Below, piece by piece: positions 56,255 to 64,000 of a stretch of DNA of 64,000 nucleotides. Below the pieces are notes generated by a model that was not told where the DNA came from, ran no database searches, and worked only from the letters and a program-made list of their open reading frames with translations. The stretch covers positions 11,784 through 75,783 of the forward strand of contig JAYENL010000198.1 in assembly GCA_034722055.1 (NCBI GenBank), in the 5' to 3' direction. The position numbers and the translations under genes were made by a program. The stretch's first letter is position 1. Every line of letters begins with the position of its first letter. This DNA comes from Armatimonadota bacterium. Its GTDB lineage: Bacteria; Armatimonadota; Zipacnadia; Zipacnadales; UBA5352.

Positions 56255-56992
56255 ATGTCGGTCAAGCGATACGCAGTTGCAGCGCTCGTGATCCTGCTGC
56301 TCGGGACCTTGCTGGCCCCCGCAGTGGCGCAGGACCAGCCGCCACGCATCAATGCGCACTTCAACGGCGAGACGCTGGGCCAGGTGCTGCAGATGCTGAA
56401 CCGATCCTACGGATTGCAGTACGCCCTGGCCCGGGACGTGGACCCGCAGACACCGGTCCACCTCTCCCTCGACGACGTCTCCCCGCAGCAGCTCCTGAGC
56501 GCGCTCCTGGAGGCGAACGGCCTGGTCGCCATCAGCCGCGACGGCCGCTACATGATCCGACAGCGCCCCGCCGCGCGCCAGACGGACGGGCGAGGCGCTG
56601 AGCCTATGCCTCGCCCGGTAGGCGTCGAGAGGCCATCCCCACCGACGCGGCCCGGCATCGACGCACGCGCCCAGGGCACACGGGCTGATGATGCGCAGGG
56701 CGCCGAGGGCGAGCGCGAGGAGATCTGGGAGCTGATCTGGCCGAAGTACCTCAGCGCCGACGTAGCAGCCGCCATCTTCGGAGGCACTGTGATCCCGGCC
56801 GGAGGGTTCTACTTCGGCGGCTACAATCGCGGTGGCGTCCAGGGCGGCACCGGCACGGGCGTCCGCGGATACAGGAGCGGCACGTCCAGGGGCATCGGCG
56901 ACGACACAACCGGCAGCTACAGGCGCGGCGCAGGCACCGGCGGCGGCAGCAGCTCCGGACGCATCTCGAGCTTCGGCGATGACATGCGCTAA
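56255..56992 (+). CDS. Secreted protein with STN/secretin-N-like domain and Gly/Arg/Ser-rich tail
   Basis: Signal peptide; F-GETLGQVLQML...VHLSLDDV...LLEANGL...GRYMI; KYLSA motif; low-complexity C-terminus. Confidence 0.7.
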   Translation: MSVKRYAVAALVILLLGTLLAPAVAQDQPPRINAHFNGETLGQVLQMLNRSYGLQYALARDVDPQTPVHLSLDDVSPQQLLSALLEANGLVAISRDGRYMIRQRPAARQTDGRGAEPMPRPVGVERPSPPTRPGIDARAQGTRADDAQGAEGEREEIWELIWPKYLSADVAAAIFGGTVIPAGGFYFGGYNRGGVQGGTGTGVRGYRSGTSRGIGDDTTGSYRRGAGTGGGSSSGRISSFGDDMR

Positions 56993-57084
56993 GGCGCCAA
57001 GTATCCCTGTGCTGCAGCCAAGCAGTGCAGGTGCCGCGGTGGACATCCGGAGAATCTGCAGGACCCAGTGAACACTCCGGCTAT

Positions 57085-57103
57085 CTACTACGTCCGATAG
57101 TAG
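57085..57103. promoter_or_regulatory. TACTA-N7-TAGTA operator
   Basis: CTACTAcgtccgaTAGTAG upstream of 57153. Confidence 0.8.
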
Positions 57104-57152
57104 TGAGAGAGGCGCGAACTGGCAGCAGCCTCCACGGAAAGGAGAGGCTCCA

Positions 57153-57620
57153 ATGTTCAGCAGAGACACGGTGTTGGGAAGCGGGATGATCTGCACCCTT
57201 GCGGCAGTGGTCGCCTTCACGTTCATCTTCGGCGGCGTGATCGCGCCCAGACCGGCCGCAGCGGACAACGACCTGGAGCGCGCTCTCGCGGGGATAGCCG
57301 CTGGAGCGCTGGTCTACGGCATGATCGGCGACGACGATCCCAGCCACGTGGGGGCCAGGCACCGCGGCTTCTACAACGGCAACCGCGGCGACTGGGACCA
57401 CCGTGAGCGCCCGCGGCAGCGGCAGCGCCCTCAGCCGCGCTACCACTACAAGACCAGGGAGTACAATCGCGGCTACGACCACGGATGGCACAACGGGTAC
57501 GACTACGGCCATCGCCAGGGCTACCGACGCGGCTACGACCACGGCTTCGGCGACGGCTATGACTACGGACGACGCCGCGACTGGGGCGGCTGGGGCTGGA
57601 GCGGCTGGGGCTCCTGGTAG
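57153..57620 (+). CDS. Secreted Gly/Tyr/Arg-rich low-complexity protein
   Basis: AAGGAG RBS; signal or TM segment; AGIAAGALV glycine-zipper-like segment; GYDHG/GYDYG repeats; ends WGGWGWSGWGSW. Confidence 0.75.
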   Translation: MFSRDTVLGSGMICTLAAVVAFTFIFGGVIAPRPAAADNDLERALAGIAAGALVYGMIGDDDPSHVGARHRGFYNGNRGDWDHRERPRQRQRPQPRYHYKTREYNRGYDHGWHNGYDYGHRQGYRRGYDHGFGDGYDYGRRRDWGGWGWSGWGSW

Positions 57621-57645
57621 CACTGAGCCCTCCGGACGGCCCCGC

Positions 57646-57666
57646 CCCGTGCGGGGCCTCTTCTTC
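57646..57666 (+). terminator. Putative rho-independent terminator
   Basis: GCCCCGtgCGGGGC hairpin followed by CTCTTCTT. Confidence 0.45.
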
Positions 57667-57674
57667 GCCCCGGT

Positions 57675-57693
57675 CTACTATCGACGGTAGTAA
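57675..57693. promoter_or_regulatory. TACTA-N7-TAGTA operator
   Basis: CTACTAtcgacggTAGTAA upstream of 57749. Confidence 0.78.
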
Positions 57694-57748
57694 CAGGCAA
57701 TGCGCGGCACATCCTTGCGCGCCGAGCGCAGAAAGGCAGGTGGGCTCG

Positions 57749-58276
57749 ATGACAACCAGGACACTGACAACGATCCTGACCGTGGCCACGCTGATGGTGA
57801 TGCCGGCGCTTGTCGGGCTGGCGGGTCACGCCATGGCCAATCCGGACTTCGGCAACCCCGAGTTCCAGATCTTCCTGCAGCAGGACCTCGGACTGCTGGG
57901 GCCCTCCGACCACCGAGCGGGACCCTGCCCCACGGTGCGCGGCGTGCCCATGCCCCGAGCCTGGGGACGCGCGTGGTGGCCCGCGAATGACTGGGTGGAG
58001 TACGTCAAGCGCCACGGCCACCCGCCCAGCCGCGGCCGCCGCGTCGAGGCCGAGACGCCCGACCAGAAGTGGAAGAAGACCGTCAGGCGCTACCGGGCCT
58101 TCCTGATCAACCATCCGTACGATGGCAGCCAGCGCTGGCACACCACGTACAGTCACTTCCTGCAGTACCTGGAGCAGAACTGGTACAACTACTGGCACCG
58201 GCTGCGCTACGGGAAGAACCCGCCGAACCACGACAGCCACTACCACGGATGGGGCTACGGCAGGGAAGGCCACTGA
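57749..58276 (+). CDS. Small secreted Trp/Tyr/His-rich hypothetical protein
   Basis: Signal peptide ending AMA; aromatic-rich; ends YHGWGYGREGH. Confidence 0.7.
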   Translation: MTTRTLTTILTVATLMVMPALVGLAGHAMANPDFGNPEFQIFLQQDLGLLGPSDHRAGPCPTVRGVPMPRAWGRAWWPANDWVEYVKRHGHPPSRGRRVEAETPDQKWKKTVRRYRAFLINHPYDGSQRWHTTYSHFLQYLEQNWYNYWHRLRYGKNPPNHDSHYHGWGYGREGH

Positions 58277-58309
58277 TCCTCTGCCGCCCGGCATCGCCGG
58301 GAGCAGCCA

Positions 58310-58339
58310 GCGGGCCCGCCCAACCCGGGCGGGCCCGTT
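58310..58339 (+). terminator. GC hairpin, possible terminator
   Basis: CGGGCCCGCCC-aaccc-GGGCGGGCCCG followed by TT. Confidence 0.5.
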
Positions 58340-58419
58340 CGCGTACGTCGGAGGAATCGCCAGGACACGCGCCCAAACTACTCCCGCTGGTCATCATGGC
58401 AGCCATAGGAGCGAGCGTC

Positions 58420-59508
58420 ATGCCTCTACGGATCGGTGTCGCGGGCCTGCGGCGCGGAATGGGCTTCGTGCGCGTGTTCGGCCATCACGCAGAGTGCGAG
58501 CTGGCGGCCGTCTGCGACGTCCAGCCCGGTCGCGCCCGGCAGGTCGCCGAGAAGCACGAGGTGCCCATGCACTTCGAGGAGTACTCTGAGCTGTGCCGCG
58601 CGGATATCGACGCCGTCGTGGTCGCCACACCCGCGCCGGTGCACGTGGCACACGCCGTCGAGGCCCTGGAGGCGGGCAAGCACGTGCTCAGCGAGGTGCC
58701 CGCCGCCTGGACGCTCGATGAGGCGGAGCAGCTCGCGCGCACCGTCGAGCGCACCGGCTGCAAGTACATGTTCGCCGAGAACATGTGCTACTTCGCCTAC
58801 ATCGAGACCTATCAGCAGCTCGTTCACCGCGGGGAGATCGGCCGGCCCACCTACGCCGAGGCGGAGTATGTCCACGACTGCCGCGACTTGCTCCACGACC
58901 GCTTCGACGGCATCACGCCCGGCTCCGAGAGCGGCCCCACCTGGCGGGCCTCCATGCCCCCCATCCACTACTGCACCCACGACCTGGGGCCCGTCCTGGA
59001 GATCCTCGACACTCGCTGCGTCTCGGCCGTCGGGATGCACACCGGCAGCCACGTCGGCGCGGAATGGGGCACCATCGACATGGAGGTCGGCGTCTTGGAG
59101 GCCGAGTCCGGCGCGGTCATCAAGATCCTGGCCGGCTTTGCCGTCGCACGCGAGCCCGCCATGCACTGGATGGTCATCTACGGCACCGAGGGCTACCTGG
59201 AGGGACCGCGCGGCGGCACCGGCAACGCCCACATGCTCTATTCCGAGCGCATCCCGAACCTCAGCAGGCCCGTTGAGCTGCCGCTGAGCGCCTCGCATCC
59301 CAAGGCCCCGCCTGAGGCCACCGCCGGCGGCCACGGAACCAGCGAGTACTTCATGTGCAACGACTTCGTGCGCTGCATTCTCGACGATACGGAGCCAGCC
59401 ATCGACGTCTACCGGGCCCTGGACTACACCGTGCCGGGCATCTGCGCGCACCTTTCCGCCGAGCGCGGCGGGGAGCCCGTCGAGGTGCCCGACTTGCGGC
59501 CCTCGTGA
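58420..59508 (+). CDS. Gfo/Idh/MocA family oxidoreductase
   Basis: IGVAG, VVVATP, GKHVLSEVP, AENMCY, YCTH and GGHG motifs. Confidence 0.9.
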   Translation: MPLRIGVAGLRRGMGFVRVFGHHAECELAAVCDVQPGRARQVAEKHEVPMHFEEYSELCRADIDAVVVATPAPVHVAHAVEALEAGKHVLSEVPAAWTLDEAEQLARTVERTGCKYMFAENMCYFAYIETYQQLVHRGEIGRPTYAEAEYVHDCRDLLHDRFDGITPGSESGPTWRASMPPIHYCTHDLGPVLEILDTRCVSAVGMHTGSHVGAEWGTIDMEVGVLEAESGAVIKILAGFAVAREPAMHWMVIYGTEGYLEGPRGGTGNAHMLYSERIPNLSRPVELPLSASHPKAPPEATAGGHGTSEYFMCNDFVRCILDDTEPAIDVYRALDYTVPGICAHLSAERGGEPVEVPDLRPS

Positions 59509-59529
59509 TCCGGTGAGGGAGCGCCACCG

Positions 59530-62436
59530 ATGGTCACCAGACAAAGCGCAAGCCTTGTCCTCTGCGTCCTGCTCCTCGCCTCAGCCTGCTCGGCTGAGCA
59601 GGAGCGCCTCTACGAGTCCTTCGAGGCCGGCATTCCCGACCACTGGACAGCCACCCGCCCCGGCAGCCTCAGCCTCAGCGAGCTCCACTACAAGCACGGC
59701 TCGCACTCGCTGCGCTGGGACTGGCGCGGCGGCGAGGCAGTCACGGCCCGGCACGACCTCGGCGACCTCGGCCGCACCGGCGGCTATGGGGGCTACTCCA
59801 AGGCCACCTTCGTCATCTGGCTCTACAACTCCAGGCCCATTGACGCCGCCGCCATCGTATCCTTCCTGACCGGCGACGAGGCGGGCGGCTGGTTCGAGTT
59901 CCCGCTGGGCTTCACCGGCTGGCGGCGCGCGGCGCTGCACTACCGCTGGGGTGAGGAGTTCAACGGCGAGGTGGCCGCCGACGCCGATGCCATTCGCATC
60001 ACCGCGCCGCACTCCGTGGATTCAGGAACGCTGTTCATCGACCTTGTCGTCTACAACGGCCTCCTCGACTACCGCCTCGCCTGCATCCCGGCGCAGGCGT
60101 TCATGTGGCAGCCGGTGGACCCGGACGAGGTGGAGGTGGCCGTGGAGCGGCCGGACGACCTGACGGACGAGCAGCTCGCGGCCCTGGAGCGCGTGGCGGC
60201 CACCATCGACCCGAACACCGAGGAGGGCTTCAGCTACACCGAGGAGTACATGGCCGAGCGCGCGGACCAGTTCGCCGCCTTCAACGTCCGGCGGACCGAG
60301 CAGGGCGTGGTGGGCGTGCCGCTGGTCCCGAACCCGGGCGTGTACGAGACCGCGGGAGTGCCCTACCCGCCGCCGACGCCATCAGAGATGGCGACCTGGA
60401 TGCGCGAGATCGCCGCAGCCTATCACCGCACCACGGACAAGGCGCAGCGCCAGCAGATCGCCGACTGGTACACGCTGCTGTCGGATCACCTCGCCGACCA
60501 GGGGTTCATGGCCGGCTCGGGCAACGCCTGGGGCGGCTACGCCGGCCGGCGGCTCGCCGACGCCATGTTCTGGATGCGCAACGTCATGCGCCAGCGCGGG
60601 CGCGGGGAGCGCGAAGCGGCCTTCTTCGACTACAACTGGGGCGTGTCCCGGATACTCGACGCCAACGCGGAGCTGCACGTGAACCTCGACAGATTCGGCA
60701 TCAGCGAGCCGCGGCGGCTGATGGGCGCCCTGCTGCGCCTCGAGCCCACCGAGCGCTACCAGTGGGTGGCATGCTTCTCGGACCTGCTCTCGCGCGAGAT
60801 CCTCTGTCAGGGCCGCGACGGCTTCAAGCCGGATGGCTCCGCCTACCATCACGGCGCCCACTACTTCGCCTACGGCAGCTACTGCATCCCGGTGCTGATG
60901 GGCATCGTGGACCGGCTCGATGACACGCCCTTCGAGGTCGCACCCCAGGCGCTGACACGACTGCGAAGCGTGCTGATGAACCTGCGCTTCTACGCCAACC
61001 TCCTGGACGTGCCGGTGCCCATGCACGGCCGCCATCCCTTCCACGGCGGCGAGGTGCGCGCGTCGATGTACCGCACGCTGGCCCTGTCAGGGCCGGGGGC
61101 CGGGGAGGCCGACTTCGACGCCGAGGTGGCTGCCGCTCACCTGCGCCTGCTGCCCGAGCCGCCCGAGGAGGACCCCTTTCCCGACCGCGACATCAGCCCC
61201 GAGCCTCCGCCACAGGGGAATCTGGCCATGAACTACGCCGGCATCAGCGCCCACCGCCGCGGCGACTGGCTGGTGGCCGTCCACGGCTACGGGAAGTACT
61301 TCTGGGGGACCGAGATCTACGCCAATGTCAACGCCTTCGGCGGGTACATCGGCGCCGGCGACATCTACGTGCTGACTGCCGGCGACCCGATCTCCCTCGA
61401 GGGCAGCGGCTACGTGGCGGACGGATGGGACTGGAGCCGCTTCGACGGCACCACGGTGGTCTACCTTCCCATCGACCAACTGCGGAACCCGAAGAACGGC
61501 ACGGTGCACCCGCGGACCGACCATACCTTCGTCGGCGGACTGTCACACCGCGGACGAGATGGCTGCTTCGTCATGCAGACGCAGGGACCCGAGTGGCTGG
61601 CTCCCGGCCTCCGCGCGAAGAAGACCTGCTTCCTCATCGATGACCGTATCATCTGCCTGGGCTCGGGCATCACAGCCGATGACCCCGGTAATCCCGTGCA
61701 GACGAACCTCTTCCAGCGCCACCTCCGGCAGCCCGACCTTCCCGTCATCGCCAACGGCGAGCCCCTGACGGGCCTGGGGGTCGAACGCTCGCTTCCGGCC
61801 GACCGCACAAGCTGGCTCATCGATACCGTAGGCACCGGCTTCCTCATCCCCGCCGGCCAGTCCGCCCATGTGGCGCGCACGCATCAGCGCTCCCGCGACC
61901 CGGACGATGAGGAGGACACGGAGGGGGACTTCGCCACCGCCTGGCTCGACCACGGCCTGACCCCGGCCTCGGCCGGCTACGAGTACGCCATCATCCCCCG
62001 AGCCACGCCGGAGCGGTTACAGCGGCTGGCGGCGGCGCTCGACGCCGCACCGCGCCCGTGGGAGGTGCTGCAGCAGGACGAGCGCGCCCATATTCTCCGC
62101 GACCGAGACGCGGGGCTGGTGGGTCTGGTCCTCTTCGAGGCCGGCGAGGTGCAGCCGGAGCTGCCCGTGGCCGAGGTGGATCGGCCCTGCATGCTGATGC
62201 TCGAGCCCCAGGGCCACCGGTTGTGGCTGACCGTCTGCGACCCGGACCTGAACCTGGTGGAGCACGTCAGCCAGCCGCGCACGCTTGAGGTGACTCTGCG
62301 CGGTGCGTGGAGGCTGGCCGAGCACCCATCCGAGGTCCGTCTCGCACAGCGAGCCGGCGACACCACGGTCCTGCAGGTCACCTGCCACGACGGCTTCAGC
62401 TTCACCGCTCAGCTCTCGCCAGCCGCCGGGGAGTAG
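59530..62436 (+). CDS. Polysaccharide lyase family 8, chondroitinase ABC-like
   Basis: Signal peptide; HYKHGSHSLRW, GFTGWR, GFKPDGSAYHH...Y, GWDWSR, ICLGSGI, TNLFQ and AWLDHG motifs. Confidence 0.88.
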   Translation: MVTRQSASLVLCVLLLASACSAEQERLYESFEAGIPDHWTATRPGSLSLSELHYKHGSHSLRWDWRGGEAVTARHDLGDLGRTGGYGGYSKATFVIWLYNSRPIDAAAIVSFLTGDEAGGWFEFPLGFTGWRRAALHYRWGEEFNGEVAADADAIRITAPHSVDSGTLFIDLVVYNGLLDYRLACIPAQAFMWQPVDPDEVEVAVERPDDLTDEQLAALERVAATIDPNTEEGFSYTEEYMAERADQFAAFNVRRTEQGVVGVPLVPNPGVYETAGVPYPPPTPSEMATWMREIAAAYHRTTDKAQRQQIADWYTLLSDHLADQGFMAGSGNAWGGYAGRRLADAMFWMRNVMRQRGRGEREAAFFDYNWGVSRILDANAELHVNLDRFGISEPRRLMGALLRLEPTERYQWVACFSDLLSREILCQGRDGFKPDGSAYHHGAHYFAYGSYCIPVLMGIVDRLDDTPFEVAPQALTRLRSVLMNLRFYANLLDVPVPMHGRHPFHGGEVRASMYRTLALSGPGAGEADFDAEVAAAHLRLLPEPPEEDPFPDRDISPEPPPQGNLAMNYAGISAHRRGDWLVAVHGYGKYFWGTEIYANVNAFGGYIGAGDIYVLTAGDPISLEGSGYVADGWDWSRFDGTTVVYLPIDQLRNPKNGTVHPRTDHTFVGGLSHRGRDGCFVMQTQGPEWLAPGLRAKKTCFLIDDRIICLGSGITADDPGNPVQTNLFQRHLRQPDLPVIANGEPLTGLGVERSLPADRTSWLIDTVGTGFLIPAGQSAHVARTHQRSRDPDDEEDTEGDFATAWLDHGLTPASAGYEYAIIPRATPERLQRLAAALDAAPRPWEVLQQDERAHILRDRDAGLVGLVLFEAGEVQPELPVAEVDRPCMLMLEPQGHRLWLTVCDPDLNLVEHVSQPRTLEVTLRGAWRLAEHPSEVRLAQRAGDTTVLQVTCHDGFSFTAQLSPAAGE

Positions 62437-62451
62437 GCTGACCGAGGAAGC

Positions 62452-63441
62452 TCACGGGCCCTGCAGCGGCAGTTCGACCCAACGCTCTTCATCAGTCGAG
62501 CGCAGCACCGCGCGCAGGATCTCGACGGACTTACGTCCCTCCGCGGCGGGGCAGGCCGGCTCGCGCTCGCCCCGGATGCAGCCCACCATGTCCTCCACGA
62601 TGTTCTCCGGCCACCGCGGCAGCGGCTCCTCCTCCCACTCCTGGTCGAACTCCCACATCGCCAGCCCCTCTCTGTCAAGCAGCGCGGCCCCCTGCGTGCC
62701 GTGGAAGCACACTCGCGTGATCTGCTCGCCGGTGAAGGTCGTGGTGGTCACCAGGCTCCCGCGCGCCCCGCTTTCGAACTCCAGCATCGCCATCGACAGG
62801 TCCTCAGTGGCACAGTTCTCGTGCGCAAGCACCCCGTAGTGGCCGCAGGCCCGCCGGACCGGCCCCATGACCCACTGCACCAGGTCCACCTGATGGATCC
62901 CCTGGTTTGCCAGTGAGCCGCCGCCGTCCAGCTCCCAGGTGCCACGCCAGCCGGCGTAGTACTCCTCGGTGCGGAACCACTTCAGCTCCACGGTCGCCAG
63001 CAGCGGCCGGCCGAAGCGCCCCTCCTGCATGGCGCGCGCGACTCGCCGCGGCTCGTCGGCGTAGCGCCGGCCGAAGTCCACGGCGTAGATCAGGCCCGTC
63101 TCCTCGGCGACCGCCATGGCGTCGTCGATAACGTCCAGCCGCACGTCCATGGGCTTGGTGGTGGCGACGTGCTTGTCCCGCCTCATGCAGTCGATGGCCA
63201 TCCTCGCGTGCATGCCCGAGGGCGTCATCACCAGCACGCAGTCGGTATCATCGCGCTCGGCCATCTGGCGGTAGTCCGTGTAGGCCTCGCAGCCCATCTC
63301 CGCCGCGAACGGGTGGAGCCGGTCCTCATCAATATCGCACACCGCCACGAGACGCGCATCCTCGCACTCGGCCGCCATCTTCGCCCGACTCCGGCCCACG
63401 CCGAGGCCGATCACTCCGAATCCGACCGTGTCATTCGTCAT
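62452..63441 (-). CDS. Gfo/Idh/MocA family oxidoreductase
   Basis: GVIGLG, TPSGMH, KP and WRGTWELDGGGSLANQGIH motifs. Confidence 0.9.
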   Translation of the reverse strand: MTNDTVGFGVIGLGVGRSRAKMAAECEDARLVAVCDIDEDRLHPFAAEMGCEAYTDYRQMAERDDTDCVLVMTPSGMHARMAIDCMRRDKHVATTKPMDVRLDVIDDAMAVAEETGLIYAVDFGRRYADEPRRVARAMQEGRFGRPLLATVELKWFRTEEYYAGWRGTWELDGGGSLANQGIHQVDLVQWVMGPVRRACGHYGVLAHENCATEDLSMAMLEFESGARGSLVTTTTFTGEQITRVCFHGTQGAALLDREGLAMWEFDQEWEEEPLPRWPENIVEDMVGCIRGEREPACPAAEGRKSVEILRAVLRSTDEERWVELPLQGP

Positions 63442-63696
63442 CTCCCATCGCTCCCTCCATGTGATGATCCGAGGGGCATTTCTCGCTCGCGGTGATGGGA
63501 CCTTGCGGGCGGCCTGGACCGCGCGACGCTGGCGGCGTCCGGCTCGCGCCATCAGAGAGGACATCGCAAGTGGCTGCAAAGGCCAAGACCGCGAGGTGAT
63601 CAGGGGGCATGTCCTGGTTGCAGCGCCCTTGCTCGAGGCTTCCGACGCGAGTGGGATTCCCGGCGGCGCTATGTCCCCGGAAAGGCGTCAGGGAAC

Positions 63697-63732
63697 GAAA
63701 AGATGGCCCCGGGGGTGGTCCCCGAGGCCATC
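63697..63732 (-). terminator. Rho-independent terminator downstream of the tRNA
   Basis: Minus strand GATGGCCTCGGGG-loop-CCCCGGGGCCATC followed by TTTT. Confidence 0.8.
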
Positions 63733-63742
63733 CAAAGATAGT

Positions 63743-63819
63743 TGGTAGCGCGGGGAGGATTCGAACCTCCGACCTCAAGGTTATGAGCCTTGCGAGCTAC
63801 CAGACTGCTCCACCGCGCG
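63743..63819 (-). tRNA. tRNA-fMet (initiator, anticodon CAT)
   Basis: 77-nt cloverleaf CGCGCGGTGGAGCAG...CTCATAA...GGTTCGAATCC...ACCA; C1:U72 mismatch and A11:U24 pair are initiator hallmarks. Confidence 0.96.
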
Positions 63820-63829
63820 ACGCATTATC

Positions 63830-63858
63830 AGGATACCAGCCCTCACCAGCCCTGTCAA
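63830..63858 (-). promoter_or_regulatory. sigma70 promoter of the tRNA
   Basis: Minus strand TTGACA-17 bp-TATCCT immediately upstream of the tRNA. Confidence 0.75.
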
Positions 63859-64000
63859 GGGTGGTCCTGGCACGGGCGCGTTTTCAGATTGTCGGTTGCG
63901 GCCGGGCGAGAGTCAGCAGCGAGCAGCTACCAGCTCTCAGCGAACGGAAACGGCCGACGGCCAGGCTGTGGACGCACCGTCTGGGGGCCACGCCCGCGGG

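Noticed and set aside
55714..57620. W-x-W-x-x-W C-termini as RiPP (radical-SAM cyclophane) precursors
   Set aside because: No radical SAM, P450 or other maturase in the window, and the proteins carry Sec-type signals; a trans-acting enzyme cannot be excluded.
55168..57693. TACTA-N7-TAGTA copies as CRISPR repeats or integron attC sites
   Set aside because: Only the half-sites are conserved, they lie just 5' of genes and overlap a promoter, they lack RYYYAAC/GTTRRRY ends, and no integrase is present.
63743..63819. tRNA as the attachment site of an integrated element
   Set aside because: No integrase and no duplicated tRNA 3' end seen; the downstream genes have host-like composition.

Overview
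High-GC (about 70% by eye) bacterial chromosomal window. The many secreted glycan-degrading proteins, Gfo/Idh/MocA oxidoreductases and REP-rich intergenic DNA resemble Armatimonadota-like lineages, which is an inference only. The left part holds a partial S8 peptidase, a CopB-type P1B ATPase, and catabolic and CAZyme genes (DUF4832, DUF4091, GH32-like, GH20-like/CBM9/LamG, PL8). A compositionally foreign type II restriction-modification pair lies between two paralogous carbon-nitrogen hydrolases, and an M16 peptidase pair and an initiator tRNA-fMet are also present. Three signals stand out. (1) An apparently uncharacterised gene cluster (46.6-55.1 kb) couples an orphan GlmL-like ASKHA ATPase, with no glutamate mutase in the window, to a barrel-sandwich/KOW protein, two related DUF6754-like membrane proteins and further integral membrane proteins. 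(2) A run of five small secreted Gly/Trp/Tyr/Arg-rich proteins (55.2-58.3 kb) carries five copies of a TACTA-N7-TAGTA palindrome (BlaI-like operator) in its upstream regions, two of them overlapping a near-consensus sigma70 promoter. (3) Families of 120-190 bp intergenic elements share terminal inverted repeats and covarying internal stems. All calls come from reading motifs by eye; no database searches were run.
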